NCBI GenBank assembly: GCA_965223295.1
Contig: CBDCWC010000002.1
Span: 896,001-960,000, forward strand
Direction of reading: 5' to 3'
DNA: 64,000 bases
From: Nitrospirales bacterium
Lineage (GTDB): Bacteria > Nitrospirota > Nitrospiria > Nitrospirales > UBA8639
Position numbers and translations under genes: made by a program
Part shown: one piece after another, positions 31,224-40,698 of the stretch
Numbering within the stretch: position 1 is the first letter of the stretch
Layout: every line of letters starts with the position of its first letter
The notes under the pieces: generated by a model
Told to the model about the DNA's origin: nothing
What the model saw: only the letters and a program-made list of their open reading frames with translations
Database searches by the model: none

Positions 31224-31546
31224 CAACATGTGAGAATCGCTTCTGGCCGTTTGGAATCGTCAGTATGCCTCTTATACGGAGATCTGACCGCCGATCAACG
31301 CGAAGCCCTTGAGTTAGCGAAACGCTTAGAGTTGTGAAGAAGGAATCTAAAGATCGTTGTGAGCACCCTAATGGTGGGCAGTCATCAGAGATTCCTTCCC
31401 CTTGTATTAATGTCGTTCCAGCAAAGATATTTTTCTCTAGCAAGGCAGGCCCTCACCTGTAGCCCAAGGCCTTACCCTGTGGCAATAACTTAGCGTGAGA
31501 GGGCCTTCAACTATCCATTTCTCATTTGCCTGAGGAGGGACCTACT

Positions 31547-31966
31547 ATGGAAGAACCTGCTCCACACTTATTGTTTCACGGGGTCGTCGTCTTACTGGTC
31601 GGCCTGTTGACAGGAATACCCTATGGCAAAGCCATTCTGAAGGGCGAAAATGAACGCCTCATTGAAGCCTGGCGCGTTGCCCATGTCTCATTACCAATGG
31701 GAGCGATTCTCATGCTGGTGATCGCTGTTTTGTTTTCCAGCTTGAATGTCTCCATGAATCTCCAATGGATTATCGCCATCTTGTTTATTCTTTCTAGTTA
31801 CGCATTTGTCGGAGCGTTAAACGTTGGACCTCTCTTGGGGTATAGGGGGATCTCGTCGAAAGGGCCTTTCGCCGCAAAGCTTGTCTTTTCTGGGAATATA
31901 CTAGGGTCTATCACCTCACTCTTAGGTACGGTGGTTTTGCTCTATGCTGCTTGGGTTAATTTATGA
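31547..31966 (+). CDS. Four-TM membrane protein resembling styrene-oxide isomerase (StyC)-like proteins
   Basis: GAGGAGG RBS. HG...LL.GL..G in TM1 and AWRVAH before TM2. Four hydrophobic helices. Confidence 0.55.
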   Translation: MEEPAPHLLFHGVVVLLVGLLTGIPYGKAILKGENERLIEAWRVAHVSLPMGAILMLVIAVLFSSLNVSMNLQWIIAILFILSSYAFVGALNVGPLLGYRGISSKGPFAAKLVFSGNILGSITSLLGTVVLLYAAWVNL

Positions 31967-32261
31967 ACTATTCCAGCCAGAATGTGAAGGACTGCCGTTG
32001 TTGCTCGAACCCAGAGCATTGCCTACTCGATGCACAATCTCCGTGTAAAACACCGAGAAGAAAGTCGGCAAGAGAGCTGAAGTTTAAGGACAAGTATAGG
32101 CATATCCCCGAACATTCGAGCAGCCGCCTGGTTCTGGCCAAGCTGGGACGGTCCCACCCCAGCATCGAAGATTGCATGAAGGGCTGCTTTCCTCTACTGT
32201 GCGCGAGAAATGCTGTCACAGTCTGTCAGATCAGATCGGTGTTCTTACAGGTTTAACTCGC

Positions 32262-33407
32262 ATGCTCCGTATTCTTTTTCTAGGTATGTTTCTGATTATG
32301 GTTCTTGGGCTGCCGCCCTTCGGACTGCTGTTGGCAGGATTTTCGCTTCCAACCACTCTGACTCTTTTCCCAATCCCTATCGAACCCGGCACCTCATCAC
32401 TATCCTGGCCGGTATGGGGAATACTTGCAGGACTGATCGCGGCAACATTGATGCCTTTTATGTGGCGGTTTTTCCATTCCTCATTGATCACTCAACAGAG
32501 ATCCTTACCCTTACACTCCACTCGTTTCCCCCGGTGGGGATGGCTAGGCATTTTAGGGACTTTAAGTGCCTGGCTATTCGCCTGGTCTCGATTTTCATGG
32601 TTTGAAATCTATCAAGCCCATACCTTTCCTCTTCTCTGGCTTGGCTATATCGTGATTCTGAATGCAGTGACCTTTCAACGCAGCCGAAACTGCCTTCTGA
32701 TTGATCACTCTCGATTTCTGGCCCGCCTCTTTATTCTCAGCGCAGGCTTTTGGTGGACATTTGAATATCTCAACCAATACGTGAACAATTGGCACTATGT
32801 GAACGTACCAGAAACTTCCCTTTTCGAATACATCGTCTTCACCTCCCTTTCCTTCTCCACCGTCCTTCCAGCGATACTCAGTACGTATGAATGGCTGAAC
32901 ACGTTTCCTCGCCTCACGAAACCATTTGAACACTGGTATTCACTGCAATGGATCAACCATCCCCAGTCTGGCTGGATGTTTCTTGCTCTAGGCGGCCTCG
33001 GGCTTGGGCTCATTGGCATATGGCCCACCGTCCTTTTTCCTGTTCTCTGGCTTTCACCGCTATGCTTACTAGCCGGGATGCAACAGATAAACAAGGGAAA
33101 GGCTATTCCCTGCCTCTCCAGTCTGGCTCAAGGAGACTGGCGACCAATAATCTTATCGTCTGGCGCTGCACTGGCATGTGGGTTTTGGTGGGAATTGTGG
33201 AATAGTTACAGCTTGGTACATTGGGAATACACCATTCGCTATGTTCATGCGCTTAGGATCTTTGAAATGCCAATATTAGGTTATTCCGGCTATTTGCCGT
33301 TTGGCATAACCTGTCTGGCTATCACAGAGGTTGTGCTCAACTATCCAACCATCTACTTCACGTCCAGAATTGCTTCCAATCAGCCAGAACTGGCCAAGAT
33401 TGCCTGA
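32262..33407 (+). CDS. Polytopic membrane protein of unknown function (internal duplication)
   Basis: Many TM segments with two related motifs, FWWTFEYLN....NWHY and FWWELWN.....WEY, plus FEMPILGY.GY.PFG. Start is uncertain (32172 or 32262). Confidence 0.7.
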   Translation: MLRILFLGMFLIMVLGLPPFGLLLAGFSLPTTLTLFPIPIEPGTSSLSWPVWGILAGLIAATLMPFMWRFFHSSLITQQRSLPLHSTRFPRWGWLGILGTLSAWLFAWSRFSWFEIYQAHTFPLLWLGYIVILNAVTFQRSRNCLLIDHSRFLARLFILSAGFWWTFEYLNQYVNNWHYVNVPETSLFEYIVFTSLSFSTVLPAILSTYEWLNTFPRLTKPFEHWYSLQWINHPQSGWMFLALGGLGLGLIGIWPTVLFPVLWLSPLCLLAGMQQINKGKAIPCLSSLAQGDWRPIILSSGAALACGFWWELWNSYSLVHWEYTIRYVHALRIFEMPILGYSGYLPFGITCLAITEVVLNYPTIYFTSRIASNQPELAKIA

Positions 33408-33478
33408 ACTTGTTGAACTCACTACGGAGAAAACCTCTCAAAATGATAAAAAAGTGGTACTTTGACCTTGCACAAATG

Positions 33479-33835
33479 CTAAAGCGAATCCTTTGTTGGG
33501 GACTTCCACATCGTCCATCCCAAGGATATTAGGAGAATCAAAAGGACGAGAGGAACGGGAAAGGCACTCATTTCATGCGCCTTTAAGTGTGTCAGAGCAG
33601 CGCCGACCATGGTGATGCTCAAGACTACGATCCCGTAGAATTGTGCTTTTGGAATAAACAGGCAAAGTCCTCCACCAACTTCTATCAGTCCAGTCACATA
33701 CAAAAACCAAATTGGATAGCCCCATTGTTGAAAGTGTTCAACTTGAGAATGCTCCCCCATGAGTTTAGCTCCGCCTGCAATGATAAACATGACACCCAAC
33801 ACAATCCACAGTGCAGTTTTGATATGTTTTTTCAT
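33479..33835 (-). CDS. DoxX family membrane protein
   Basis: F..AG..KL, F..WGYP.W, G..EV.GG, M.GA..TH. Confidence 0.88.
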   Translation of the reverse strand: MKKHIKTALWIVLGVMFIIAGGAKLMGEHSQVEHFQQWGYPIWFLYVTGLIEVGGGLCLFIPKAQFYGIVVLSITMVGAALTHLKAHEMSAFPVPLVLLILLISLGWTMWKSPTKDSL

Positions 33836-33874
33836 ATATTCCCCAAAAGAGTTACGGTATAAAAAAGTAGATAC

Positions 33875-33917
33875 CCACGGGCTTACGCCGCGTGGTCCTC
33901 CGCGCTAACTTTGATAG
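33875..33917 (-). repeat. REP-like GC hairpin, single copy
   Basis: Stem-loop CCACG-GGC-TTAC-GCC-G-CGTGG (GTAA tetraloop on the minus strand), followed by CTTTGATAG. Confidence 0.4.
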
Positions 33918-34063
33918 ACAGAGCATCCACTGCTGCAACTATATATTGATCATCTTCTTGATTCTACTCCATGCCAATTGCAAGTCCTGCAATTTCTTGC
34001 AAAAACCTGTTCAACAAATTATGTTGAGAGACCAGGTTTATCAATAGCACTTATTTTCAAGGA

Positions 34064-34795
34064 ATGCCAAACCAATTGACGATACTTGATGTACGCGACC
34101 GTCTACAGCAGGCGCAGTCGGTCACAGTACTGACAGGAGCTGGGATTTCGGCCGATAGTGGCGTCCCAACATTCCGAGGACCTGAAGGCCTTTGGAAAAA
34201 CTTTCGGCCAGAGGAACTTGCATCGCCTGAAGCCTTTGCTCGCGATCCCCAACTCGTGTGGGAGTGGTATAACTGGCGGCGTGAGTTACTCACTACAAAG
34301 CAGCCCAATGCTGCTCATGAGGCACTTGTACAACTCGAGGCACTAATTCCAAACTTTTGGATCATCACGCAAAATGTAGATGGTCTCCATGCCGCTGCAG
34401 GCACTCAACACCTTTCAGAAATTCATGGAAATATTTGGAAAGTTCGGTGTACAAACTGCTGCGTCGTTTCGCCAAACCATGAGGTGCCCTTGCCGTATCC
34501 ACCAACATGCAAAGCATGCAGTGGCCTACTACGGCCACACATCGTCTGGTTTGGAGAATCGTTAGCAGCAAAAGACCTCGAACAGAGCTATGCAGCCCTA
34601 GAGCGTTGTGAGATCTTGTTGATTATCGGCACATCTGGTGTCGTCTATCCCGCTGCCTCCTTTGCTCCAGTGGCCAAAGACCATGGAGCCTTCGTCGTGG
34701 AACTCAACTTAGAGAGCACTCCCAATTCTTCCGCGGTTGACGTCTCCTTTCAAGGTCGGGCGAAAGAGTTGGTTCCTCTGCTACTTTCGGGTTGA
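34064..34795 (+). CDS. cobB: NAD-dependent protein deacylase (sirtuin)
   Basis: TGAGISADSGVPTFRG, TQNVDGLH, EIHG, two CxxC motifs, RPHIVWFGE, GTSG.VYPAA. Confidence 0.95.
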   Translation: MPNQLTILDVRDRLQQAQSVTVLTGAGISADSGVPTFRGPEGLWKNFRPEELASPEAFARDPQLVWEWYNWRRELLTTKQPNAAHEALVQLEALIPNFWIITQNVDGLHAAAGTQHLSEIHGNIWKVRCTNCCVVSPNHEVPLPYPPTCKACSGLLRPHIVWFGESLAAKDLEQSYAALERCEILLIIGTSGVVYPAASFAPVAKDHGAFVVELNLESTPNSSAVDVSFQGRAKELVPLLLSG

Positions 34796-35049
34796 CCCAT
34801 AGCCCCATTTTCTTGACTCGCTTTGTACCTGTTTGTTACGTTTTTTTGTTTAGGGGCCTGTCCAAGATAAGACTGATCTACTACGGTCGCACTGGATTTG
34901 GCCAGATCTTTCGATCCTTTTCGTTCAATAGTCCCACTATTCGCCTCAAACGATCGAATAATCTGACTCAAATCAGCACATCCTCGTGACGATCGCGTAT
35001 CTCGGACAGACTCCCTGGGGGTTCCCAGTACATTATGTTGGAGTGAGCA

Positions 35050-35250
35050 ATGCAATTAACCATAAACGGTAAGGCTGAAAACCTAGATGTTTCTACAGTT
35101 ATGGATGTTCTCAAAGCCAAGGACATTGACCCGCAACTCGTTGCAATTGAAGTCAATACTCAAATGATCGATCAAGAAAATTTGGCCACAACATCTCTTA
35201 AGGAAAACGACAAGCTGGAATTCTTGTTTTTTATGGGCGGTGGCGCGTGA
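35050..35250 (+). CDS. thiS: ThiS-like ubiquitin-fold sulfur carrier (C-terminus MGGGA)
   Basis: 66 aa, MQLTING...VAIEVN...L.END.LE...MGGGA. Confidence 0.88.
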   Translation: MQLTINGKAENLDVSTVMDVLKAKDIDPQLVAIEVNTQMIDQENLATTSLKENDKLEFLFFMGGGA

Positions 35251-36176
35251 ACGCCCAATTATTGCACGGCATCACCGACGGCATTGGCGGCACCCCGCTC
35301 GTTCGACTCAACCGCCTCTCCCCTCCTGACGGAGCCACCATCTATGGCAAAGCTGAATTTTATAATCCAGGAGGCAGCGTCAAAGACCGTATTTGCCTGA
35401 ATATGATTGAGGAGGCTGAAAAGCAGGGCCTCTTGAAATCCGGCAGTACCATCGTTGAACCTACCAGCGGAAATACAGGTATCGGATTAGCCCTTGTTTG
35501 CGCCGTTCGGGGATATAAGCTCATCCTCGTCATGCCCGAAGGCATGAGCTTGGAACGGGCCAGCCTGCTCTCGTCCTATGGCGCACAATTGGTGCTGACA
35601 CCCGCAAGGGAAGGGATGCGAGGCTCGATTAAGGAAGCTGAAAGCATTTTGGAGCAAAACCCTGAATATTTCATGCCGAACCAATTTTCCAATCCCGCAA
35701 ATCCCGCCATGCACAGAAAAACCACTGCATTGGAAATTTTGGAGGCCTTGGATGGCAAGGTAGATGCCTTTGTGGCGGCTGTTGGAACCGGCGGCACGAT
35801 TACTGGTTGTGGGGACGTATTTAAAGAAAAAGATCCCAACGTGAAAGTCGTGGCCGTGGAGCCTTCTGGCTCACCCGTTTTATCCGGAGGTGAAGCTGGT
35901 CCGCATAAAATTCAAGGTATTGGCGCTGGTTTCGTCCCGAAAGTCTTGAACCGCTCATTACTGGATCAAATTATGACTGTGACGGATGAAGAAGCCTATC
36001 AAACCACAAAACAGCTCGCCAAGAAAGAAGGACTGCTCGTGGGAATTTCCGCCGGAGCCAATGTCTTTGCCGCACAAAAAATTGCTGAATCGCTTGAACC
36101 AGGGAAAAACGTGGTTACTATTCTTTGTGACACCGGTGAGCGCTATCTTAGCATCGAAAAATACTTCAACATTTAA
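35247..36176 (+). CDS. cysK: Cysteine synthase (CysK/CysM family, PLP fold II)
   Basis: NPGGSVKDR, EPTSGNTG, GTGGT, HKIQGIG, GISAGA, DTGERYLS. Confidence 0.95.
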   Translation: MNAQLLHGITDGIGGTPLVRLNRLSPPDGATIYGKAEFYNPGGSVKDRICLNMIEEAEKQGLLKSGSTIVEPTSGNTGIGLALVCAVRGYKLILVMPEGMSLERASLLSSYGAQLVLTPAREGMRGSIKEAESILEQNPEYFMPNQFSNPANPAMHRKTTALEILEALDGKVDAFVAAVGTGGTITGCGDVFKEKDPNVKVVAVEPSGSPVLSGGEAGPHKIQGIGAGFVPKVLNRSLLDQIMTVTDEEAYQTTKQLAKKEGLLVGISAGANVFAAQKIAESLEPGKNVVTILCDTGERYLSIEKYFNI

Positions 36177-36203
36177 TCGTTGCTTCCCAACACCTAAACA
36201 GTC

Positions 36204-37007
36204 ATGAGTTTTACTGAAGACCAAATCACCCGTTATAGCCGACATATTCTCTTACCCGAAGTCGGCGGGAAAGGGCAAAAGAAGCTCTCACAGGCCAAAG
36301 TCTTTGTCGTGGGTGCTGGAGGCCTAGGGTGTCCTGTCGCCTATTATCTCGGCGCGGCGGGGATTGGCACGATTGGTTTAATTGATAGTGATGTGGTGGA
36401 CCTTTCCAATTTGCAACGGCAAGTCTTGCATCATACCCCTGATGTTGGCCGCTCCAAAACCCTGTCGGCCAAAGAGAAAATTCAGGCCTTAAATCCCGAC
36501 GTTCAGGTTATCACATATGACAAGCGGCTAACGGCTGAAAACGCTCGCGAGATCATTAGCCAATATGATGTGGTAATCGACGGCGTAGATAACTTTCCCG
36601 CAAAATTTTTGATCAACGATGCCTGCTATTTGGAGAACAAGCCGCTTATCCATGGAGGCATCTTGCGCTTTGAAGGCCGGGTTATGACGATCGTCCCGAA
36701 TCAATCGGCGTGCTATCGCTGTATTTTTAAAAATCCGCCACAGCCTGGCGTCGTACCCACATGTCAGGAAGCCGGTATTATCGGGGTAGTTGCAGGAATT
36801 ATTGGAACTGTGCAGGCAACGGAAGCTATTAAGCTAATTCTCAAGATCGGACAACCATTGACGGATCGCCTACTCGACTTCGATGCCAGGACGACCACGT
36901 TTCGAGAAATTCGTGTCAAACAAAATCCATCGTGTGCGCTCTGTGGACCGCACGCATCCATCACCGAACTCATGAATTACGACGAGCCAGAAGCCTGCGC
37001 TATTTAA
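36204..37007 (+). CDS. moeB: MoeB/ThiF E1-like adenylyltransferase 1 (no rhodanese domain)
   Basis: RYSRH, GAGGLG, SNLQRQ, CYRC, CQEAG, C..C. Confidence 0.92.
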   Translation: MSFTEDQITRYSRHILLPEVGGKGQKKLSQAKVFVVGAGGLGCPVAYYLGAAGIGTIGLIDSDVVDLSNLQRQVLHHTPDVGRSKTLSAKEKIQALNPDVQVITYDKRLTAENAREIISQYDVVIDGVDNFPAKFLINDACYLENKPLIHGGILRFEGRVMTIVPNQSACYRCIFKNPPQPGVVPTCQEAGIIGVVAGIIGTVQATEAIKLILKIGQPLTDRLLDFDARTTTFREIRVKQNPSCALCGPHASITELMNYDEPEACAI

Positions 37008-37070
37008 ATATCATCTATTCATACGGAGTATTCTAACCATCTCTATGGTGTTGAAGACGAGGCCTCCATC

Positions 37071-38312
37071 ATGACAAAGAAAATGCAATCACTTGTTTGC
37101 CGGGAATGCGGGAAAGAATATCCCACGCAAGATATTCACGTCTGCGAACTCTGCTTTGGTCCCTTAGAAGTTAAATATGATTATGCCGCCATTAAACAAG
37201 CTATCTCGAGAGATAAAATTCAGGCCGGGCCGAAAAGCCTCTGGCGTTATGTGGATCTCCTTCCCGTTGAGGGAACCAACTTCATTGGCAAACATGCCGG
37301 GTTTACCCCACTGGTGCATGCCAAAAATCTTGGCGCCTTTTTAGGCCTAGACAATTTATACATTAAAAATGATTGTGTGAATCACCCGACCTTGTCGTTT
37401 AAAGATCGCGTCGTCGCCATCGCTCTCACTCGCGCACGGGAATTAGGATTCGAGACAGTGGCCTGTGCATCAACCGGCAATTTGGCGAACTCTGTCTCCG
37501 CACATGCCGCATCTGCTGGCATGAAATGTTATGTGTTTATTCCTGGAGATCTAGAGGCAGCGAAGGTGTTGGGCAATCTCATCTATCGCCCCAATGTGAT
37601 TGAAATTGAAGGCAACTACGATGACGTCAACCGTCTCTGCAGCGAAATCGCAGGAGAACGGCACTGGGCCTTTGTGAATATCAACGTTCGTCCCTACTAT
37701 GCAGAAGGGTCCAAAAGCCTCGCGTTTGAAACAGCGGAGCAATTAGGATGGCGGGCGCCAGATCAAGTCGTGGTGCCGATGGCCTCAGGATCCCTTCTGA
37801 CGAAGATCTGGAAAGGGTTAAACGAATTAAAAAAAGTTGGGCTGCTTGATTCGGTTCAAACCAAAGTCAATGGAGCACAAGCCGAAGGCTGCTCACCCAT
37901 TGCTACAGCCTTTCGGAACGGCCGCGACTTTTTTAAACCCGTGAAACCCGACACGATTGCCAAGTCGTTGGCCATTGGAAATCCAGCCGATGGCTATTAT
38001 GCGCTCAAAACCGCGGCAGAAAGCCATGGGGCAATGGAAGCAGTCACAGATGATGAAATCGTAGAAAGCATTAAACTCCTAGCGCAAACCGAGGGAATTT
38101 TTGCCGAGACTGCTGGGGGCGTCACAATTGGTGTCTTGAGAAAATTATGTAAACAAGGATTGATTCAAAAAAACGAAGTCACCGTCGCTTATATCACTGG
38201 CAACGGGCTGAAAACACAGGAGGCCGTGGTTGATTCAGTGGGACGGCCAACTCGCATTCAACCCAGTCTGAAGCATTTCACACAGACTTTTGGCATCGAG
38301 GAGTCAACATGA
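37071..38312 (+). CDS. thrC: Threonine synthase-like PLP enzyme with N-terminal zinc ribbon
   Basis: CRECG...CELC, PTLSFKDR, CASTGN, EGSK, TGNGLK. Confidence 0.85.
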   Translation: MTKKMQSLVCRECGKEYPTQDIHVCELCFGPLEVKYDYAAIKQAISRDKIQAGPKSLWRYVDLLPVEGTNFIGKHAGFTPLVHAKNLGAFLGLDNLYIKNDCVNHPTLSFKDRVVAIALTRARELGFETVACASTGNLANSVSAHAASAGMKCYVFIPGDLEAAKVLGNLIYRPNVIEIEGNYDDVNRLCSEIAGERHWAFVNINVRPYYAEGSKSLAFETAEQLGWRAPDQVVVPMASGSLLTKIWKGLNELKKVGLLDSVQTKVNGAQAEGCSPIATAFRNGRDFFKPVKPDTIAKSLAIGNPADGYYALKTAAESHGAMEAVTDDEIVESIKLLAQTEGIFAETAGGVTIGVLRKLCKQGLIQKNEVTVAYITGNGLKTQEAVVDSVGRPTRIQPSLKHFTQTFGIEEST

Positions 38313-38584
38313 TTAAGGTACGCATCCCCACTCCCCTGCGTCCCATGACGGGTGGGAAAAATGAAGTGGAAATTGCCGGAAATTCCGTGGGAGAAATTTT
38401 GGAAAATTTAGCCACCGCGCATCCTGGGATAAAAGAACGCATTTGCGACGAACAGGGCGAAGTACGACGTTTCATTAATATCTATGTCAACGAAGAAGAC
38501 ATTCGGTTTCTAACAGGCAAAGAGACACCCCTCAAGGAGGGGGATGAAATGTCCATTATTCCCGCCATTGCAGGAGGCACATAA
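38309..38584 (+). CDS. MoaD/CysO-like ubiquitin-fold sulfur carrier (C-terminus AGGT)
   Basis: VRIPTPLR, RRFINIYVNEEDIRF, IIPAIAGGT. Confidence 0.9.
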   Translation: MIKVRIPTPLRPMTGGKNEVEIAGNSVGEILENLATAHPGIKERICDEQGEVRRFINIYVNEEDIRFLTGKETPLKEGDEMSIIPAIAGGT

Positions 38585-38824
38585 ATGGCCAAACTTCGCT
38601 TCCACATTCGGTACCCTGAAGAACGCATTCCCGATCCAATTTTATATGAGATCGGAAAAGAGTTTCAGGTGGTGACCAGTATTCGGCGCGCCGATGTTCG
38701 TGAAACGACAGGCTGGTTAGATGTGGAGTTCACTGGAGAAGCTGATGAAATAGAACATGCCATCGCCGGGCTTCGCCAAAAAGGATGTGTCGTCGACCCT
38801 ATCGAACTCAACGTCGTGGAATAA
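38585..38824 (+). CDS. Stand-alone NIL domain protein
   Basis: 79 aa, P.LY.....F.V..SIRRADV....GW...E..G....IE.AI..L...G..V.PIE. Confidence 0.8.
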   Translation: MAKLRFHIRYPEERIPDPILYEIGKEFQVVTSIRRADVRETTGWLDVEFTGEADEIEHAIAGLRQKGCVVDPIELNVVE

Positions 38825-38839
38825 GAAAAGCGATACACT

Positions 38840-39643
38840 ATGCAATTCACAGATTCGCAAATCAACCGTTATAGCCGCCAGATGATTCTGACTGAAGTCG
38901 GCGGTAAAGGTCAAAAGAAATTGCAAGACGCGAAGGTTCTGGTTATTGGCGCCGGGGGGCTGGGATCTCCAGCCGCGCTCTATCTCGTCGCAGCCGGAGT
39001 TGGCACACTTGGCCTCACCGATGGGGATGTCGTTGACCTCTCAAACTTGCAGCGGCAAATTCTTCATACGACTGATCGCATTGGTGCACCGAAAGTTGAA
39101 TCCGGAGGGCAATTGCTCTCAGCTTTAAATCCTGAAATCACGCTTCAGCTCTATCCTGAACATGTCAGCAAAGACAACATTATGGGTCTACTAGAACACT
39201 ATGACATTATATTGGATGGTTCGGATAATTTCTCAACACGGTTTTTAATCAATGATGCCTGCTTCTTTGCTAAGAAAACGCTTATTTCTGGCAGCATCTT
39301 TCGATTCGAGGGACAACTCGCCACAATTAAACCTCATGAAGGCTTCCCTTGCTATCGCTGCTTATACCCCGAACCGCCCCCTGCTGGATTAGTGCCCAAT
39401 TGTCAGGAAGCTGGAGTCTTGGGTGTCTTAGCCGGAACCATTGGAGTCCTACAAGCCAATGAAACTATTAAAGAAATTCTTGGCCTTGGAGAAACCCTCG
39501 CCGACAGGCTCCTCCTCTATGATGCGCTAGACATGAGTTTCAGAAAAGTTGGTCGCCCCAAAGCCCCTGATTGCCCTCTTTGTGGACCTCATCCCACCAT
39601 TACAGAATTGGGTGAGGACTATGAAGTTGCTTGCAGTCTCTGA
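38840..39643 (+). CDS. moeB: MoeB/ThiF E1-like adenylyltransferase 2 (no rhodanese domain)
   Basis: RYSRQ, GAGGLGSP, SNLQRQ, CYRC, CQEAG, CPLC. Paralogue of 36204-37007. Confidence 0.92.
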   Translation: MQFTDSQINRYSRQMILTEVGGKGQKKLQDAKVLVIGAGGLGSPAALYLVAAGVGTLGLTDGDVVDLSNLQRQILHTTDRIGAPKVESGGQLLSALNPEITLQLYPEHVSKDNIMGLLEHYDIILDGSDNFSTRFLINDACFFAKKTLISGSIFRFEGQLATIKPHEGFPCYRCLYPEPPPAGLVPNCQEAGVLGVLAGTIGVLQANETIKEILGLGETLADRLLLYDALDMSFRKVGRPKAPDCPLCGPHPTITELGEDYEVACSL

Positions 39644-39648
39644 CCTCT

Positions 39649-40161
39649 ATGCTCCACATTCCCTCCGGCATCATTCGAGACATGATTGCCCATGCGCAGG
39701 AGCTGGCTCCGCATGAATGCTGCGGCATTCTTTCCGGAAAGAAGCATACCGTCGTCGAGAGTTATCGCATTACCAATATTTTAGCCACGATGTCCGAACA
39801 GGAATTGTCACGATTTGAAGGGGCCAAACTTTCGGATCTCAAGCAACTCTCCCCGGAAGAACGGGCCGATATCGCCTTTCAAATGGATGCACGGGAAATG
39901 GCTCTAGCACAGCGCGACATTCGCTCGAAAAACCATGATCTTTTAGGGTTTTATCATTCCCATACCTTTAGCCCTGCACGACCCTCACAAACCGATATCA
40001 CCATAGCCATGGAATTTGAAAGCTATCGTCAAAAGCTCAACCTCCCTCAACCTCTCCACCTCATCGTCTCTATTGAACACCCAGAAAATCCCATAATCCG
40101 CGCCTACCAAATACAAAACTCCCAAGCCAACGAAGTCTCTATCAAACAGACTACTGTCTAA
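39649..40161 (+). CDS. JAB/MPN+ (Mec+-like) metalloprotease
   Basis: P.ECCG...YHSHT..PA.PS.TD, matching JAMM E-HxH-x7-S-xx-D. Confidence 0.9.
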   Translation: MLHIPSGIIRDMIAHAQELAPHECCGILSGKKHTVVESYRITNILATMSEQELSRFEGAKLSDLKQLSPEERADIAFQMDAREMALAQRDIRSKNHDLLGFYHSHTFSPARPSQTDITIAMEFESYRQKLNLPQPLHLIVSIEHPENPIIRAYQIQNSQANEVSIKQTTV

Positions 40162-40274
40162 AGATTTATCCTTCTCCTTTTATGGGCTCATTTTTGTCCA
40201 TATGAGCATAGACAGCACAGCTATTCTCTTGAGATAATGAGACGTTTTCTCAATTTTCTCAGAAGGAGTCCCCC

Positions 40275-40628
40275 ATGTCCCCCAAAAAATTTGTGCTCAC
40301 TCTTATTGGTCTCGTGCTGGTCTTTCAGTCAAGTGCCCCAGTCTTCGCAGAAGCCTCAACGAATTTCAAAAGTTATTACAGCCCTATTGTTCGGTTAGAA
40401 GCAGACAAAGGCTATTTTCTTGTTACAACGGATTCTGGAATCCAATGGATCCAAGTGGAAGAAGCCGCTAAACCCCATCTGAAAACATTAGAAGTTGGCG
40501 ACATGATCGACGTCATTGTAGAGCTGCGCTCCGGCGATATCCCACCGCTGCTTAAATCATGGAAACTGGCCAGAAGCTCTTCACCCTGTAAAGTTTTCGA
40601 TGGCAAATCCTGTAGCCCTAAAGAATAA
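40275..40628 (+). CDS. Small exported hypothetical protein
   Basis: AAGGAG RBS, signal peptide ending VFA, C-terminal Cys pair. Confidence 0.7.
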   Translation: MSPKKFVLTLIGLVLVFQSSAPVFAEASTNFKSYYSPIVRLEADKGYFLVTTDSGIQWIQVEEAAKPHLKTLEVGDMIDVIVELRSGDIPPLLKSWKLARSSSPCKVFDGKSCSPKE

Positions 40629-40698
40629 AGAGATTCTGTATTAAAAGGCCTCATCAAATAAATGGTTAAATGCGTCCTCTCCTAACTTTCTCTAGAAG

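Noticed and set aside
31963-32256. 97-aa Cys-rich ORF overlapping the StyC-like stop
   Set aside because: No recognisable motif and competing ORFs in other frames. Coding status is unsupported.
34796-35049. TPP or SAM riboswitch upstream of thiS-cysK
   Set aside because: I could not find the TPP (CTGAGA...ACCTGA) or SAM-I (ATC.AGAG...GCAACC) cores. An Rfam scan would settle it.
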